From: an uncultured Dehalococcoidales bacterium
GTDB taxonomy: Bacteria; Chloroflexota; Dehalococcoidia; GIF9; UBA5629
Reading direction: 5' to 3'
Assembly: GCA_964545945.1 (NCBI GenBank)
Contig: CAZJID010000003.1
Span: 1 to 45,449 of the forward strand
Length of the DNA: 45,449 bases
Part shown: positions 7,159 to 17,500 of the stretch, in pieces
Position numbering within the stretch: the stretch's first letter is position 1
Layout of the letters: the number at the start of each line of letters is the position of its first letter
Made by a program: the position numbers and the translations under genes
The notes under the pieces: model-generated
The model's input: the letters and a program-made list of their open reading frames with translations, nothing else
Databases searched by the model: none
What the model was told of the DNA's origin: nothing

Positions 7159-8691
7159 TTAGTGTCTGAAATGGCGGATGCCGGTGAACACCATTGCCAT
7201 ATTATATTTATCGGCGGCGGCGATGACCTCTTTGTCTCTTATGGAGCCGCCCGTCTCAATGACGGCGGTGACTCCGCCTTCTCCGGCCACCTCAACGGTA
7301 TCGGGGAAAGGGATCATGGCATCAGAGGCCAGTACGCTGCCCTTGGCCTGTTTTCCGGCGCGCTTTAAAGACAGCTCAGCGCTGACCACACGGTTGGGCT
7401 GGCCGGTGCCCATGCCCAGCAGTGTATTGTCTTTAGCCAGGACGATTCCGTTCGACTTGATATGTTTGACAGCTCTCCAGCCGAACAGCATATCACGCAT
7501 CTCTTCCTTGGTCGGTGCGCGCTTGGATACGGTCTTAGGCTTGAACTCCTCCTCGGTATAATAGTCTTCCTCCTGCGCCATAAAGCCGCCTCTGATGGCA
7601 CGCAGGTCGATGTTACCGGTCTTACCCTGCTGCTTCCATACCGGCAGCGATAGAAGACGCAGGCTCTTCTTTTTCTTAAAGATTTCAGCGGCTTCATCGG
7701 CGTAGCCGGGGGCGATTATGCAATCATAGTGGGTTTTATCTATTTCGGAGGCCAGTGCCAGGTCGATATTCCGGTTGCAGGCGACGATGCCACCGAAGGC
7801 GGAAACAGGGTCGCCGGCAAGAGCCCGTTTGTAGGCCTCTATAAGGTCTTTGTTGCTGCAGAGACCGCAGGCATTGTTGTGTTTGATTATGGCGATGGTG
7901 GGCTCCGTGAAGTCGCAGGCGGTGCTCCAGGCAGCTTCGAGGTCGAGGAAGTTATTGAACGACAGCTCCGGCCCGCTGATAAGTTTGACCGAGGTCATCC
8001 CCGGCTGTCTCTGGCCCACAAACTGCTCGGCGTAGATAGCGGCCTTCTGGTGAGGATTCTCGCCGTAGCGCAGGTCGTAGAGTTTTCTCATGGCTATGGT
8101 CATTTCCTGCGGGAAGCCGTTTACGCCGCGGAGATATTGGGCGATGGCCGTATCGTACATGGCCACGTGCTGGAACGCTTTCTCGGCCAGTTTTTTCCGT
8201 TCCTCGATGCCAATTTTACCGTGCTTAAGCCTGTCTACGATAAAATCGTAATCTGCCGGATCGACGACTACCAGGACGGACGGGAAATTCTTGGCCGAAG
8301 CGCGAATCATGGTGGGGCCGCCTATGTCGATGTTCTCCAGTGCCTCTTCCAGCGAGACATTAGCTTTGGCTACGGTTTGCACGAAGGGGTAGAGATTGAC
8401 CACGACCATGTCGATGGGTTCAATCTTATTCTTGGCAATCTCGGACATATGCTGCGGCAGGTCGCGTCTGGCCAGTATGCCGCCGTGGACCGCAGGGTGA
8501 AGCGTTTTTACCCGCCCGTCAAGGATCTCGGGGAAACCGGTGATTTCCGAGACGCTGTGGACCTTTATGCCTTCGGTTTCGAGGGACTTTTTGGTGCCGC
8601 CTGTGCTGTAGATTTCGACGTCCAGGACTCTCAGTTTACGGACAAAATCGACCACACCGGACTTGTTGGAAACACTGACGATAGCGCGCAA
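7159..8691 (-). CDS. purH: Bifunctional AICAR transformylase / IMP cyclohydrolase
   Basis: YSTGGT, GRVKTLHP, IDIGGPTMIR, LRYGENPHQ, DPVSAFGG, C-terminal FTGIRHFRH. Confidence 0.97.
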   Translation of the reverse strand: MRAIVSVSNKSGVVDFVRKLRVLDVEIYSTGGTKKSLETEGIKVHSVSEITGFPEILDGRVKTLHPAVHGGILARRDLPQHMSEIAKNKIEPIDMVVVNLYPFVQTVAKANVSLEEALENIDIGGPTMIRASAKNFPSVLVVVDPADYDFIVDRLKHGKIGIEERKKLAEKAFQHVAMYDTAIAQYLRGVNGFPQEMTIAMRKLYDLRYGENPHQKAAIYAEQFVGQRQPGMTSVKLISGPELSFNNFLDLEAAWSTACDFTEPTIAIIKHNNACGLCSNKDLIEAYKRALAGDPVSAFGGIVACNRNIDLALASEIDKTHYDCIIAPGYADEAAEIFKKKKSLRLLSLPVWKQQGKTGNIDLRAIRGGFMAQEEDYYTEEEFKPKTVSKRAPTKEEMRDMLFGWRAVKHIKSNGIVLAKDNTLLGMGTGQPNRVVSAELSLKRAGKQAKGSVLASDAMIPFPDTVEVAGEGGVTAVIETGGSIRDKEVIAAADKYNMAMVFTGIRHFRH

Positions 8692-8708
8692 GGGGGACCT
8701 CCTTTAGT

Positions 8709-9734
8709 TTAAGTGATGGTTATTTTTTTGCGATTTGGGGACGTGATTACTATACCAATTTTTCGAACTTCAGGCAAGGCGGCTGTGAGTTCAGTTGCAT
8801 GCTGCGGCGAACAAATAATTACCATGCCTATGCCCATGTTGAAAACCCTGTACATCTCGTCCTCTTCAAGTTTACCCTGCTTCTGAATGAGCTTGAAGAG
8901 CGGCGGCACCTGCCAGGCATCTTTCTTGATTTGAGCTGCTAGCCCGTCGGGTATGATGCGCGGTATATTGCCCTCGAAACCGCCGCCCGTAATGTGTGCC
9001 AGACCTTTAACCAAATGCAGAACCGGCTTTAATTCAGAGTAGTAGCACCGGTGCGGTTCGAGCAGTTCCTCTCCAAGGCTTCTTTTCAGTCCGGGGGGCG
9101 ATTTATGCAATACGGAAGGGTCTCTTTCTATTTTAAACACCCGACGCACCAGCGAGTAGCCGTTGGTGTGAAGGCCGCTGGAAGGCAGGCCCAGTATGAT
9201 GTCACCAGCTGCAATGGAATTGCCGCTGAGGATATCCTTCTTTTCGACGACGCCGACGATAAAGCCGGCCAGGTCGTAGTCGTCGCCCTGGTATAACCCG
9301 GGCATTTCGGCAGTCTCGCCGCCGATAAGGGCGCAGCCTACTTTTTTACAGGCCCCGGCGATGCCGCTGACTATGCTTTCGACTTTCTCGGGGACTAGTT
9401 TGCCCGTAGCGATATAGTCGAGAAAGAAAAGCGGCCCGGCGCCGCAGGTAAGGATATCGTTAACGCAATGATTGACTATATCCATGCCGATGGTATCGTG
9501 TTTGTTGAGAAGTGAGGCGATTTTCAGCTTGGTGCCGACGCCATCGACGCTGGAAACCAGTACCGGCTCGGTGTAATTCTTTAGCTGGAACATGCCGCCG
9601 AAGAGGCCGATATCGGTCAGTACTTCCGGTCTGGAAGTAGAACGGGCCAGTCGTTTAATAAGCTCTTTGGCTTTATCGGCAGCCTTTATATCAACCCCGG
9701 CGCGGGCGTAGGCGTCATGAGCCGCCGAGTTCAC
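8709..9734 (-). CDS. purM: Phosphoribosylformylglycinamidine cyclo-ligase (AIR synthetase)
   Basis: YARAGVD, DGVGTK, VNDIL, LIGGETAEMP, SSGLHTNGYSL, HITGGG, FNMGIG. Confidence 0.97.
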   Translation of the reverse strand: MNSAAHDAYARAGVDIKAADKAKELIKRLARSTSRPEVLTDIGLFGGMFQLKNYTEPVLVSSVDGVGTKLKIASLLNKHDTIGMDIVNHCVNDILTCGAGPLFFLDYIATGKLVPEKVESIVSGIAGACKKVGCALIGGETAEMPGLYQGDDYDLAGFIVGVVEKKDILSGNSIAAGDIILGLPSSGLHTNGYSLVRRVFKIERDPSVLHKSPPGLKRSLGEELLEPHRCYYSELKPVLHLVKGLAHITGGGFEGNIPRIIPDGLAAQIKKDAWQVPPLFKLIQKQGKLEEDEMYRVFNMGIGMVIICSPQHATELTAALPEVRKIGIVITSPNRKKITIT

Positions 9735-11130
9735 TCAAGCTCCCTGAAGGTATAGCTTCCAGAGCCAGTTTGTCCATCTCCAGCTGTACCGGTATCGGGT
9801 AGTCTCCGGTGAAACAGGCCAGACAGAAATAGTCTTTGGGCAGACCTATCGACTCGATTAAACCATCGATGCTGATGTAACCGAGCGAGTCCGCTCCTAT
9901 AGTATCTCTGATTTCTGCTACTGTTTTTTGGGCGGCTATAAGTTCCCATCTGGTGGCCATATCAACGCCGAAGAAGCAGGGGTGGCGTATCGGTGGAGAA
10001 CAGATACGCAGATGTACCTCTTTGGCGCCGGCTTTCTTGAGCATGGACACCACTTTGGGAGTGGTGGTGCCTCGGACTATGCTGTCATCGACTACTACGA
10101 GTCTTTTACCGACAATGGTCTCAGCCAGCGGGTTAAACTTGAGCTTAACGCCCAGGTCTCTCAGCCTCTGGTCAGGCTCGATGAAGGTACGGCCCACGTA
10201 GCGGTTTTTAATCAGGCCTTCGCAATAGGGGATGCCCGAAGCCTCGGAGTAGCCGATTCCGGCGGCGGTGGCGGAGTCGGGGACGCCCATTACCAGGTCG
10301 GCATCGACGGGATATTCCCGGGCCAGTATCTTGCCCATTGTCTGACGGGCGGGATAAAGCAGCTTGCCCTGTATAACGCTGTCGGGGCGGGCGAAGTAAA
10401 TATATTCGAAAATACAGATGGCTTTTCGGATGCTCTCCTCGGTAAAGCTCCTGACGCCGTGCTTGTTGATAACCACTATTTCGCCGGGTTCGATTTCCCG
10501 TATGAACTGAGCGCCGATGTGGCTCAAGGCGCAGCTTTCAGAGGCGATTACCCAGCCGCCGTCAATGGTGCCCAGGCACAGCGGCCGCACTCCCATGGGG
10601 TCGCGAACACCTATCAGCTTGTCCTTGGTCAGGATAACCAGCGAATATGCGCCCTGCAGTCGGCGCATGGCATATTTTATTTTATCTACCTGATTCTTCT
10701 CCGTGGAGGAGGTGATGAGGTTGGCGATAATCTCGGAGTCGGTGGTGGTAGCGAAGTTGAATCCCTGCTGGCCGAGCTCTGCCTGGAGGAATTTGGCGTT
10801 GACTATATTGCCGTTGTGGGCCAGTGCTATAGTGTTTGAGTTGTTGCCAACCAGTATCGGCTGGGCGTTGCAGGCCCGGCTGGAGCCGGTGGTCGAATAC
10901 CTGGTATGCCCTATGGCGATATAACCGCGCAGTTCGGCCAGCTCATCCTCGGTAAACGCCTGGGAGACAAGCCCCATGGAGGTGTGAAGGTAGACTTTTT
11001 TGCCATCGGCAGTGGCAATGCCGGCGCTTTCCTGTCCACGGTGCTGAAGAGCGTATAGGCCGAAAAACGTGATTCGTGCGACATCTACGCCGGGAGCATA
11101 GATGCCGAAAACACCGCAGCTCTCATGCAT
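9715..11130 (-). CDS. purF: Amidophosphoribosyltransferase
   Basis: Short propeptide then CGVFG, LQHRGQESAG, GHTRYSTTG, AHNGN, VVDDSIVRGTT, Fe-S Cys motif CLACF. Confidence 0.97.
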   Translation of the reverse strand: MHESCGVFGIYAPGVDVARITFFGLYALQHRGQESAGIATADGKKVYLHTSMGLVSQAFTEDELAELRGYIAIGHTRYSTTGSSRACNAQPILVGNNSNTIALAHNGNIVNAKFLQAELGQQGFNFATTTDSEIIANLITSSTEKNQVDKIKYAMRRLQGAYSLVILTKDKLIGVRDPMGVRPLCLGTIDGGWVIASESCALSHIGAQFIREIEPGEIVVINKHGVRSFTEESIRKAICIFEYIYFARPDSVIQGKLLYPARQTMGKILAREYPVDADLVMGVPDSATAAGIGYSEASGIPYCEGLIKNRYVGRTFIEPDQRLRDLGVKLKFNPLAETIVGKRLVVVDDSIVRGTTTPKVVSMLKKAGAKEVHLRICSPPIRHPCFFGVDMATRWELIAAQKTVAEIRDTIGADSLGYISIDGLIESIGLPKDYFCLACFTGDYPIPVQLEMDKLALEAIPSGSLSELGGS

Positions 11131-11161
11131 AGCTATTTACGTCCTCATTATTATAGGCTTT

Positions 11162-11938
11162 TTAGAGGTCTGGGGTCAATTTTGCCGATGCTTTGAGCCA
11201 GTCCAGAGCAGTGGTTACAGCTTTCTCTTCCAGGCGCAGTCTGTGACCGGCGCCGGGGATTATCACCAGTTTTTTGGGGTTGCGGGCTTTCTCGAATAGC
11301 CTGTGGGCGTGCTCTGCGGGAACAAGGTCGTCCTGGTCGCCGTGAATCAATAGGGTGGGGCGGGGAGAGATTTTGTCTATCCAATTAATCGGTGCCACCT
11401 GGCTGAATCCGGCAAGCCAGTCGTCTACGGATAGCGGAAAGCCTTTGTCTCTGATGATTCCGATGCTGCGGAAGTGGTCGATGGTATCCCTGGCGCGCTT
11501 TTTATCTGTCATAAAGTCGAACTCGGCCGGGCAGGCTAAAGTTACTAGAGAGGATACTCTGGAGTCTTTGGCGGCTACATAAACGCTAACAGCGGCACCG
11601 GCGCTGGAGCCGAGAAGACATAAGCGTGACCTGTCCACTTCTTTTAGACCTACCAGATAGTCGATGGCGGCTGTCAAATCACGTGTCCAGCCAAGCATAT
11701 CCAGGTTGCCCTCTGTTCCGTGGGCTCCCCGAAAGTTGAAGATAAGGGTGATAAAACCGGCTTTACAGAACCGTTCGGCCAGTCCCGGGTAGCCAGCGTC
11801 TCCGTTGGAGGCAGGCTGTCCTGACGGAATACCGTGGCACAGGCAGAGCGCGGGGCAGGGCCGTTTTGGGTTTTCGGAGAAATAAACCTCGCCCGGCAGG
11901 TTAAGGTTGTCTACGTTAAGAGTGAAGCTTCTTTTCAT
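11162..11938 (-). CDS. Alpha/beta-fold hydrolase
   Basis: CHG oxyanion motif, FNFRG, nucleophile elbow GSSAG, HGDQDD, GAGH. Confidence 0.88.
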   Translation of the reverse strand: MKRSFTLNVDNLNLPGEVYFSENPKRPCPALCLCHGIPSGQPASNGDAGYPGLAERFCKAGFITLIFNFRGAHGTEGNLDMLGWTRDLTAAIDYLVGLKEVDRSRLCLLGSSAGAAVSVYVAAKDSRVSSLVTLACPAEFDFMTDKKRARDTIDHFRSIGIIRDKGFPLSVDDWLAGFSQVAPINWIDKISPRPTLLIHGDQDDLVPAEHAHRLFEKARNPKKLVIIPGAGHRLRLEEKAVTTALDWLKASAKLTPDL

Positions 11939-12680
11939 GCCCTTTATTATCGCATCTTTGGGAATGAAGGTATATCAGAAATTCTTTATTGCCCTCGGCG
12001 CCGAGTATGGGGGAGGCAACCAGGCCGCAAAGCCTTAAGTCGTGTTCGGTTATCCAGTTGATGAACCGGCCAAGGACGAGCGCGTGAATTTGAGGGTCTT
12101 TGATTATGCCGCCTTTGCCCACCTCTTCTCTCTTAGCTTCGAACTGCGGCTTAAACAGAATCACAATATGGCCGGGTGGTGCCAGATAGCCGACGATATT
12201 TGGAATCACCTGCGTTACCGAGATGAACGATAAATCAACAGTGGCTATATCGACTTTCTCCGGCAGTGAGAAAGAGAGGCGGGCGTTGACCCTTTCCATG
12301 ACGACCACCCGCGGGTCCTGTCTCAACTTGTAGTCGAGCTGGCCGTAGCCGACGTCTATGGCGTAGACACGTTCGGCGCCTCGCTGGAGAAGGCAGTCGG
12401 TGAAGCCTCCGGTAGAAGCGCCGACGTCTATTGCCGTCATGGAGGAGGCATCGATTTTGAACTCATCCAGTGCATGGGCCAGCTTGAGGCCGCCGCGGCT
12501 GACGTAGGGTGATTTCTCAGCCAGCTTTAGCTCAGAGCCTTCATCAACCATTGTGCCCGGCTTGGTGACGACCTTGCCGGATACTGTAACCTCGCCGGCC
12601 ATGATGACGGCCTGAGCCGTGGCTATATTGTCAGCCAGTTCCCGGGTTACCAGCAGATTGTCCAGGCGTTTCTTGGTCAC
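11916..12680 (-). CDS. tlyA: TlyA family S4-domain rRNA (cytidine-2'-O)-methyltransferase
   Basis: KKRLD S4 start, YVSRGGLKL, DVGASTGGFTDCLLQRGA, DLSFIS, KPQFEA, GNKEF. Confidence 0.95.
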   Translation of the reverse strand: MTKKRLDNLLVTRELADNIATAQAVIMAGEVTVSGKVVTKPGTMVDEGSELKLAEKSPYVSRGGLKLAHALDEFKIDASSMTAIDVGASTGGFTDCLLQRGAERVYAIDVGYGQLDYKLRQDPRVVVMERVNARLSFSLPEKVDIATVDLSFISVTQVIPNIVGYLAPPGHIVILFKPQFEAKREEVGKGGIIKDPQIHALVLGRFINWITEHDLRLCGLVASPILGAEGNKEFLIYLHSQRCDNKGHEKKLHS

Positions 12681-12686
12681 AGGCTG

Positions 12687-12715
12687 ATTATAGATAAGAG
12701 ATGGTCAGCTTTCAA
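12687..12715 (-). promoter_or_regulatory. Sigma70-type promoter giving a probable leaderless tlyA mRNA
   Basis: TTGAAA-17 nt-TATAAT-6 nt-GTG start; no SD. Confidence 0.7.
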
Positions 12716-12769
12716 TAGATTATTTGTGATAGTGATTTTAGGACTGCGGTGTTCCTTTGAGTAAGTGGT

Positions 12770-14578
12770 TTAGCTGGCCTTGGACTTGGTCACTCTGGTA
12801 GTTTTGGCAATTATAGGCAGTTCCACGTTGAAAGTGGCGCCATTGCCACGGACGCTATCCGCCCATATCCTGCCATTGTGCTCTTTCACTATTCCGTAGC
12901 ACATGCTGAGCCCCAGTCCCGTGCCCTCACCTACCTCCCGGGTGGTGAAGAAGGGGTTGAATATCTTGTCCAGGTTTTCTCTTGATATGCCCGGTCCGTT
13001 GTCTTTGAAAGATATATGTATACTGTTATCAAGTTGCTCTGTTTTAATCAGTAGCTTACCCTTATTGCGCACGAGCTTCATTTCGGTTTCGGCATTTATT
13101 ACCAGGTTGAGGAATACCTGCTGCAGCTGTGCGGCATCGCCCACTGTAATTGGCAGAGCAGGGTCGAGGGCAGTGGTGATGGTTATGTTGTTGGCTTTGA
13201 GTTCATATTCTCTTAATTGCAGGACGCCGTTAATAAGGTTATTTATATCAACATGAGTTCGTGACGGCTTGGTCGGTCTGGCAAAGGCGAGCAGCCTCTT
13301 AACGATACTGGATACGCGCTGGGCGCCTTCGTTGATAATATTAAGGTCATCCTTAACGTCCACAGGGATGTCTGCTCTGGAGAGCAAAAACTGCGTGTAA
13401 CCGATAACACCGGTCAGCGGGTTATTTATCTCATGGGCTACACCTGACGCCAGCTCACCAACGGAAGCCAGACGGCTGGCAAGCTGTGCCTTTTGCTCCA
13501 ACGCCTTTCTTTCGTCTTCCAGTCGCTTAAGTTCCGTGATATCTTCGCCGGAACGAAGTATGCCGACTATTTTGCCGCGTTCATTTTTGATTACAGAATT
13601 GTGCCAGGTAACCTGCTTCTCTTTACCACTCGTGGACAAAACGGCAAAACCTTCTAGGTATTCGAAATGCTCGATGTCTCCCCTCATGATTCTCTTGAAG
13701 ATGGACTGTGCCTCGGTTCGCATCCTTTCGGGTATGTAAGTATTAAACCAGTCCCGGCCAATGATATTCATCTCTTCGCATTCCAGTATCTCGCAGCCCT
13801 TCTTGTTTATGGCGCTGACCTTGCCCCTGGCGTCTATAACCACGAGCATAGTACCGGCCATATCGAAATAGCTTTGAGCCCTGTCTCTTTCCCTTCGCAC
13901 TTGCTCGGCGCCGGATTTAACTTCGCCAAGCAGACGCCTGTTCACCATCAATATCAAGCCGCAGATAAGAGCGACGGCAAGTACTATAAAAAATATAATT
14001 ATCAATGTTTCGAATGTGCCTGACTTAAAAAAGTCGTTAGTCTGCAGAGGCGAAATTATGTACCTGAAAATTCGGGCAGCGCTGACCAGGGCGTAGCCTC
14101 CAAAGACTATGCCCGTAAAAAGCGTCATCCGGCGCATGTCGGGTGCTACTCTATACAGCAGAAGCCAGCAACATTGGAAGGTAAAAATTACGGTCATTAG
14201 AGAGATAATGGCGCCTCTGACCTCAAGGTCCGGCTGAGCCAGTGTGAAGTAAGTAGCAGCTGGAACAAAAATTCCCAGGAGAACGTAGTTATGGATTTGC
14301 GAGCTAATTTTTCCGACGAAGCGCTCCAGCCCAATGTAAATGACGACGATGCCGGCCAGAATCATGGTATTGGCGACTACCATGGAAACGAAATCCGGAA
14401 TCGTACCCCGTAACACGACTAGCAGAGCCCCGCTCGCCTGTAAAACCAGGTCGGCCAGCCAGAATGATATGCCCGCGAACTGTTTTCTGTTTTGATACCA
14501 AACCACCGTCATTACCAGGGCACATACGATATTAACGATGGCGTATAAGAGCATCGTTGTTCTCATGTCCAGAATCAT
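12770..14578 (-). CDS. Membrane-bound PAS sensor histidine kinase (about 7 TM, PAS, HisKA, HATPase)
   Basis: Hydrophobic N-terminal ~210 aa; PAS ending GEDITE; AHEINNPL, NLVINA, DNGPG, FFTT, GTGLGL. Confidence 0.93.
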   Translation of the reverse strand: MILDMRTTMLLYAIVNIVCALVMTVVWYQNRKQFAGISFWLADLVLQASGALLVVLRGTIPDFVSMVVANTMILAGIVVIYIGLERFVGKISSQIHNYVLLGIFVPAATYFTLAQPDLEVRGAIISLMTVIFTFQCCWLLLYRVAPDMRRMTLFTGIVFGGYALVSAARIFRYIISPLQTNDFFKSGTFETLIIIFFIVLAVALICGLILMVNRRLLGEVKSGAEQVRRERDRAQSYFDMAGTMLVVIDARGKVSAINKKGCEILECEEMNIIGRDWFNTYIPERMRTEAQSIFKRIMRGDIEHFEYLEGFAVLSTSGKEKQVTWHNSVIKNERGKIVGILRSGEDITELKRLEDERKALEQKAQLASRLASVGELASGVAHEINNPLTGVIGYTQFLLSRADIPVDVKDDLNIINEGAQRVSSIVKRLLAFARPTKPSRTHVDINNLINGVLQLREYELKANNITITTALDPALPITVGDAAQLQQVFLNLVINAETEMKLVRNKGKLLIKTEQLDNSIHISFKDNGPGISRENLDKIFNPFFTTREVGEGTGLGLSMCYGIVKEHNGRIWADSVRGNGATFNVELPIIAKTTRVTKSKAS

Positions 14579-14599
14579 GGTCTCGGTCCTCGTATGCTC

Positions 14600-17500
14600 T
14601 TATTTATCCTGGCCAAGTGGTTCCCCGCTCAGAGCGCGATTTATTTCCAGTTTCAGCTGCCCGGCATTAAATGGTTTGCTGATATGGGAAACTTTGGTCT
14701 CGGACAGGAACTTCTCGGTATCGGCACTCATGATATCGCCGGTGATGAAGACCACTTTAACGGCCAACGATTTATCTATTTTCCTAATACGCTTGAACAG
14801 TTCCACGCCATTCATGCCCGGCATTTTGATATCAACCAGGATGAGATTGTATTTCTTGCGCTCAATCTTTTTCAATGCCTCGTCGGCGTCATCTGCTGTC
14901 TCAATTTTATGACCTTCTTTGGTAAGCACCCGCTTGACAACGTCTCTTACCGTTTGCTCGTCGTCCACCACCAGTATCCTGCCTTTTATTGCTTTTTCGG
15001 GCTCAAATTGCATTTTTGCCTGTTCCGGAGATGTGAATTCCTCGACCACAGGCAACTCGACAATGAAGGTGACGCCCTTGCCGGGCTTACTTTCGGCGTA
15101 TATCTTCCCTTTGTGTTCGGCTATTATGCCGTAGCACAGGCTCAAGCCCAATCCGGTACCCTGACCTACTTCTCGGGTAGTGAAGAAGGGATTGAATATC
15201 TTATCCATAACCTCCGGTTTTATTCCCGGGCCATTGTCCTTTATTGATAGACTTATGGTGTTATGGCTCTTCTTTGTGGTTATCGTCAGCTTGCCCTTGC
15301 CATGAGCCAGTTTCATTTCAGTCTCGGCGTTTACAATTAAATTGAGTATTACCTGCTGTATCTGGCCCGGGTCAACCACAGTTTCGAGCAAGCCGGGATA
15401 AAGTCGAGTGACAACTTTAATATTGTTTACCCTCAGGTGATAAGCCCGCAGTATGAGTGTGCTCTCTATGAGGTCGTTAATATCAACGTATTTTTGTTCC
15501 GGTTTGGTCTGGCGGGAGAAGGCAAGCAGCCTCTGTACTATGCCGGCAACGCGTCGAGCGCCATCATTGATGGCTGCCAGGTCGCTTCTTATATCAGCCG
15601 GGAGGTCGTCCCGTTCCGCCAGCAACTGGGCGTAGCCGGTAACCGCGGTGAGCGGGTTATTTATCTCGTGGGCCACGCCGGCGGCCATCTCACCCACGGA
15701 AGCCAGGCGGCTGGAGATTTGGGTTTTTTGCTCCAGTTGTCTCCTGTTCTCTTCGGCCATCCTCTTCTCGGTAACGTCGCGGGAGATTCCACGAAATCCG
15801 ATAATCTTCCCCTCCTCATTGTGTAGAGGAAAGACCGACCGTTCCGTGAATATTAAGCTCCCGTTCCTGGCGATGGCTACCGAAGGTACTCCTTTTACCG
15901 GCTTACCCGTCCGATACACCCGGTTGAATGTTTTGAACGTATCATCGGAGGCCTCTGCGGGTGTGTAGTTTCTGTAGTTCATTCCAATTAGCTCTTCCCG
16001 GCAATGCCCAAGGCGGTGACACAGTGAATCATTGACGAAGGTGAAATTACCGGCGAGGTCAACCTCGTAATAGCTGTCGTCCATACCCTCCAGTATAGTT
16101 CGATATCTCTCCTCCGAGCGTTCCAGTGCCTCCTCTGCATGCTTGCGCTCGGTAATGTCCGTCGAAATTCCTTCGATTATCACTTCTTCGCCTATTTCCT
16201 GCCTACCAATAGAACGGTCATTGAACCACAACCAATCCCCGGAGGAATTCTTGATTCGGTATACAACATTAAGTTCTTTCCCGGCCACGAAATCCGCGAT
16301 GGCCCGGTCAACACGTTGCTGATCTTTCGGGTGTATGGACTTATTCCAAAGCCAAGGATGATCGTACAGGTATGCTGGTGTGTATCCCAGAATGGGCTCT
16401 ACACGCGAGGAAACGTAAATCGTTCCACTCTTACTGGAAAAAGACCAGATAATGTCAGGAGAGTGCTCAACAAGCGACCGATATTTTATCTCGGATTGAT
16501 GAAGTGCCTCCTCTGCCTGCCTTCGGCTGCTGATGTCACGAACCACCATACTCGTCCTGCTGTCACCATGCCTATCTTTAAAGACCACGGACGATATTTC
16601 GCCGGGGAACGTGGTGCCATCCTTGCGCTTGAAGATTAATTCACCTTCAAATTTCCCGGTGTTTTTTCTTCGCTCCAAAGCCATATTCGTTATCGGGTCA
16701 CTGGCATCAGCCACGGCATTTCTACCGTACTTACGGAATTCTGCCTCCGTATAACCGAACATGGTGCAGGCAGCTGGATTGGCCGCGATTATTCCGCCGT
16801 TCGGTTCAGTGAGGAAAACTGCATCTACGCTATTATCAAAAATCGAGCGGAATTTATCCTCACTCTCTCGTAGCGCATCCTCTGCCTGCTTGCGCTCGGT
16901 GATATCACGATAATTGACCACCACTGCCTGTATCGCCGGCTCATGCAATAGGTTACTGCGCATGCCCTCAATCCATCGTGGCGTACCGTCTTTATGCAAG
17001 AAAGGCATCTCAGAGCGAATCACCGCTCCAGTTTGTTGTGTGAATTTCATAAAGCCGTCTGCCATGTCCTGACATTGGTCTGGATGCACAAAATCGAACA
17101 CGCTTCGCCCTATACGTTCCGTGGGTTCATAGCCCAAAATACGCATAATAGAAGGAGAATCATAGAGCACAGTTCCGTCTGCGGCCAACAGCGTGATAGC
17201 ATCCTGGCTATTTTCAATAAGCGCTCTGAATCTTTCCTGGCTTTCGCGCAGCTTATCCTCCGCCTGTTTGCGCGAGGTAATGTTGCGGATATTGCACTGA
17301 AACACCTCTTGACTGTCTACCGTGTATCTGTTGGAGACGAACTCCACATGAATTTGCTCTCCATCCTTGGTCTCAAGGGGTAGGTGGTCATAACGGATGT
17401 AGCCCTTCTTTTTCAGCTTTTTGAAGGCGCCTTTACTGGCTACTATGTCTTTGAACGTGCCGATTTCCCAGAGATACTTTCCCTGAAGTTCCTCCAGCGT

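Noticed and set aside
11131-11161. Purine or ZTP riboswitch ahead of the pur genes
   Set aside because: The gap is only 31 nt and holds a TATAAT and an RBS-like GAGGA; there is no room for an aptamer.
16120-17300. Repeated DNA segments inside the large kinase as a diversity-generating or tandem repeat system
   Set aside because: They correspond to ordinary PAS-linker motifs (DITERKxAE); no reverse transcriptase or long near-identical template/variable pair is present.
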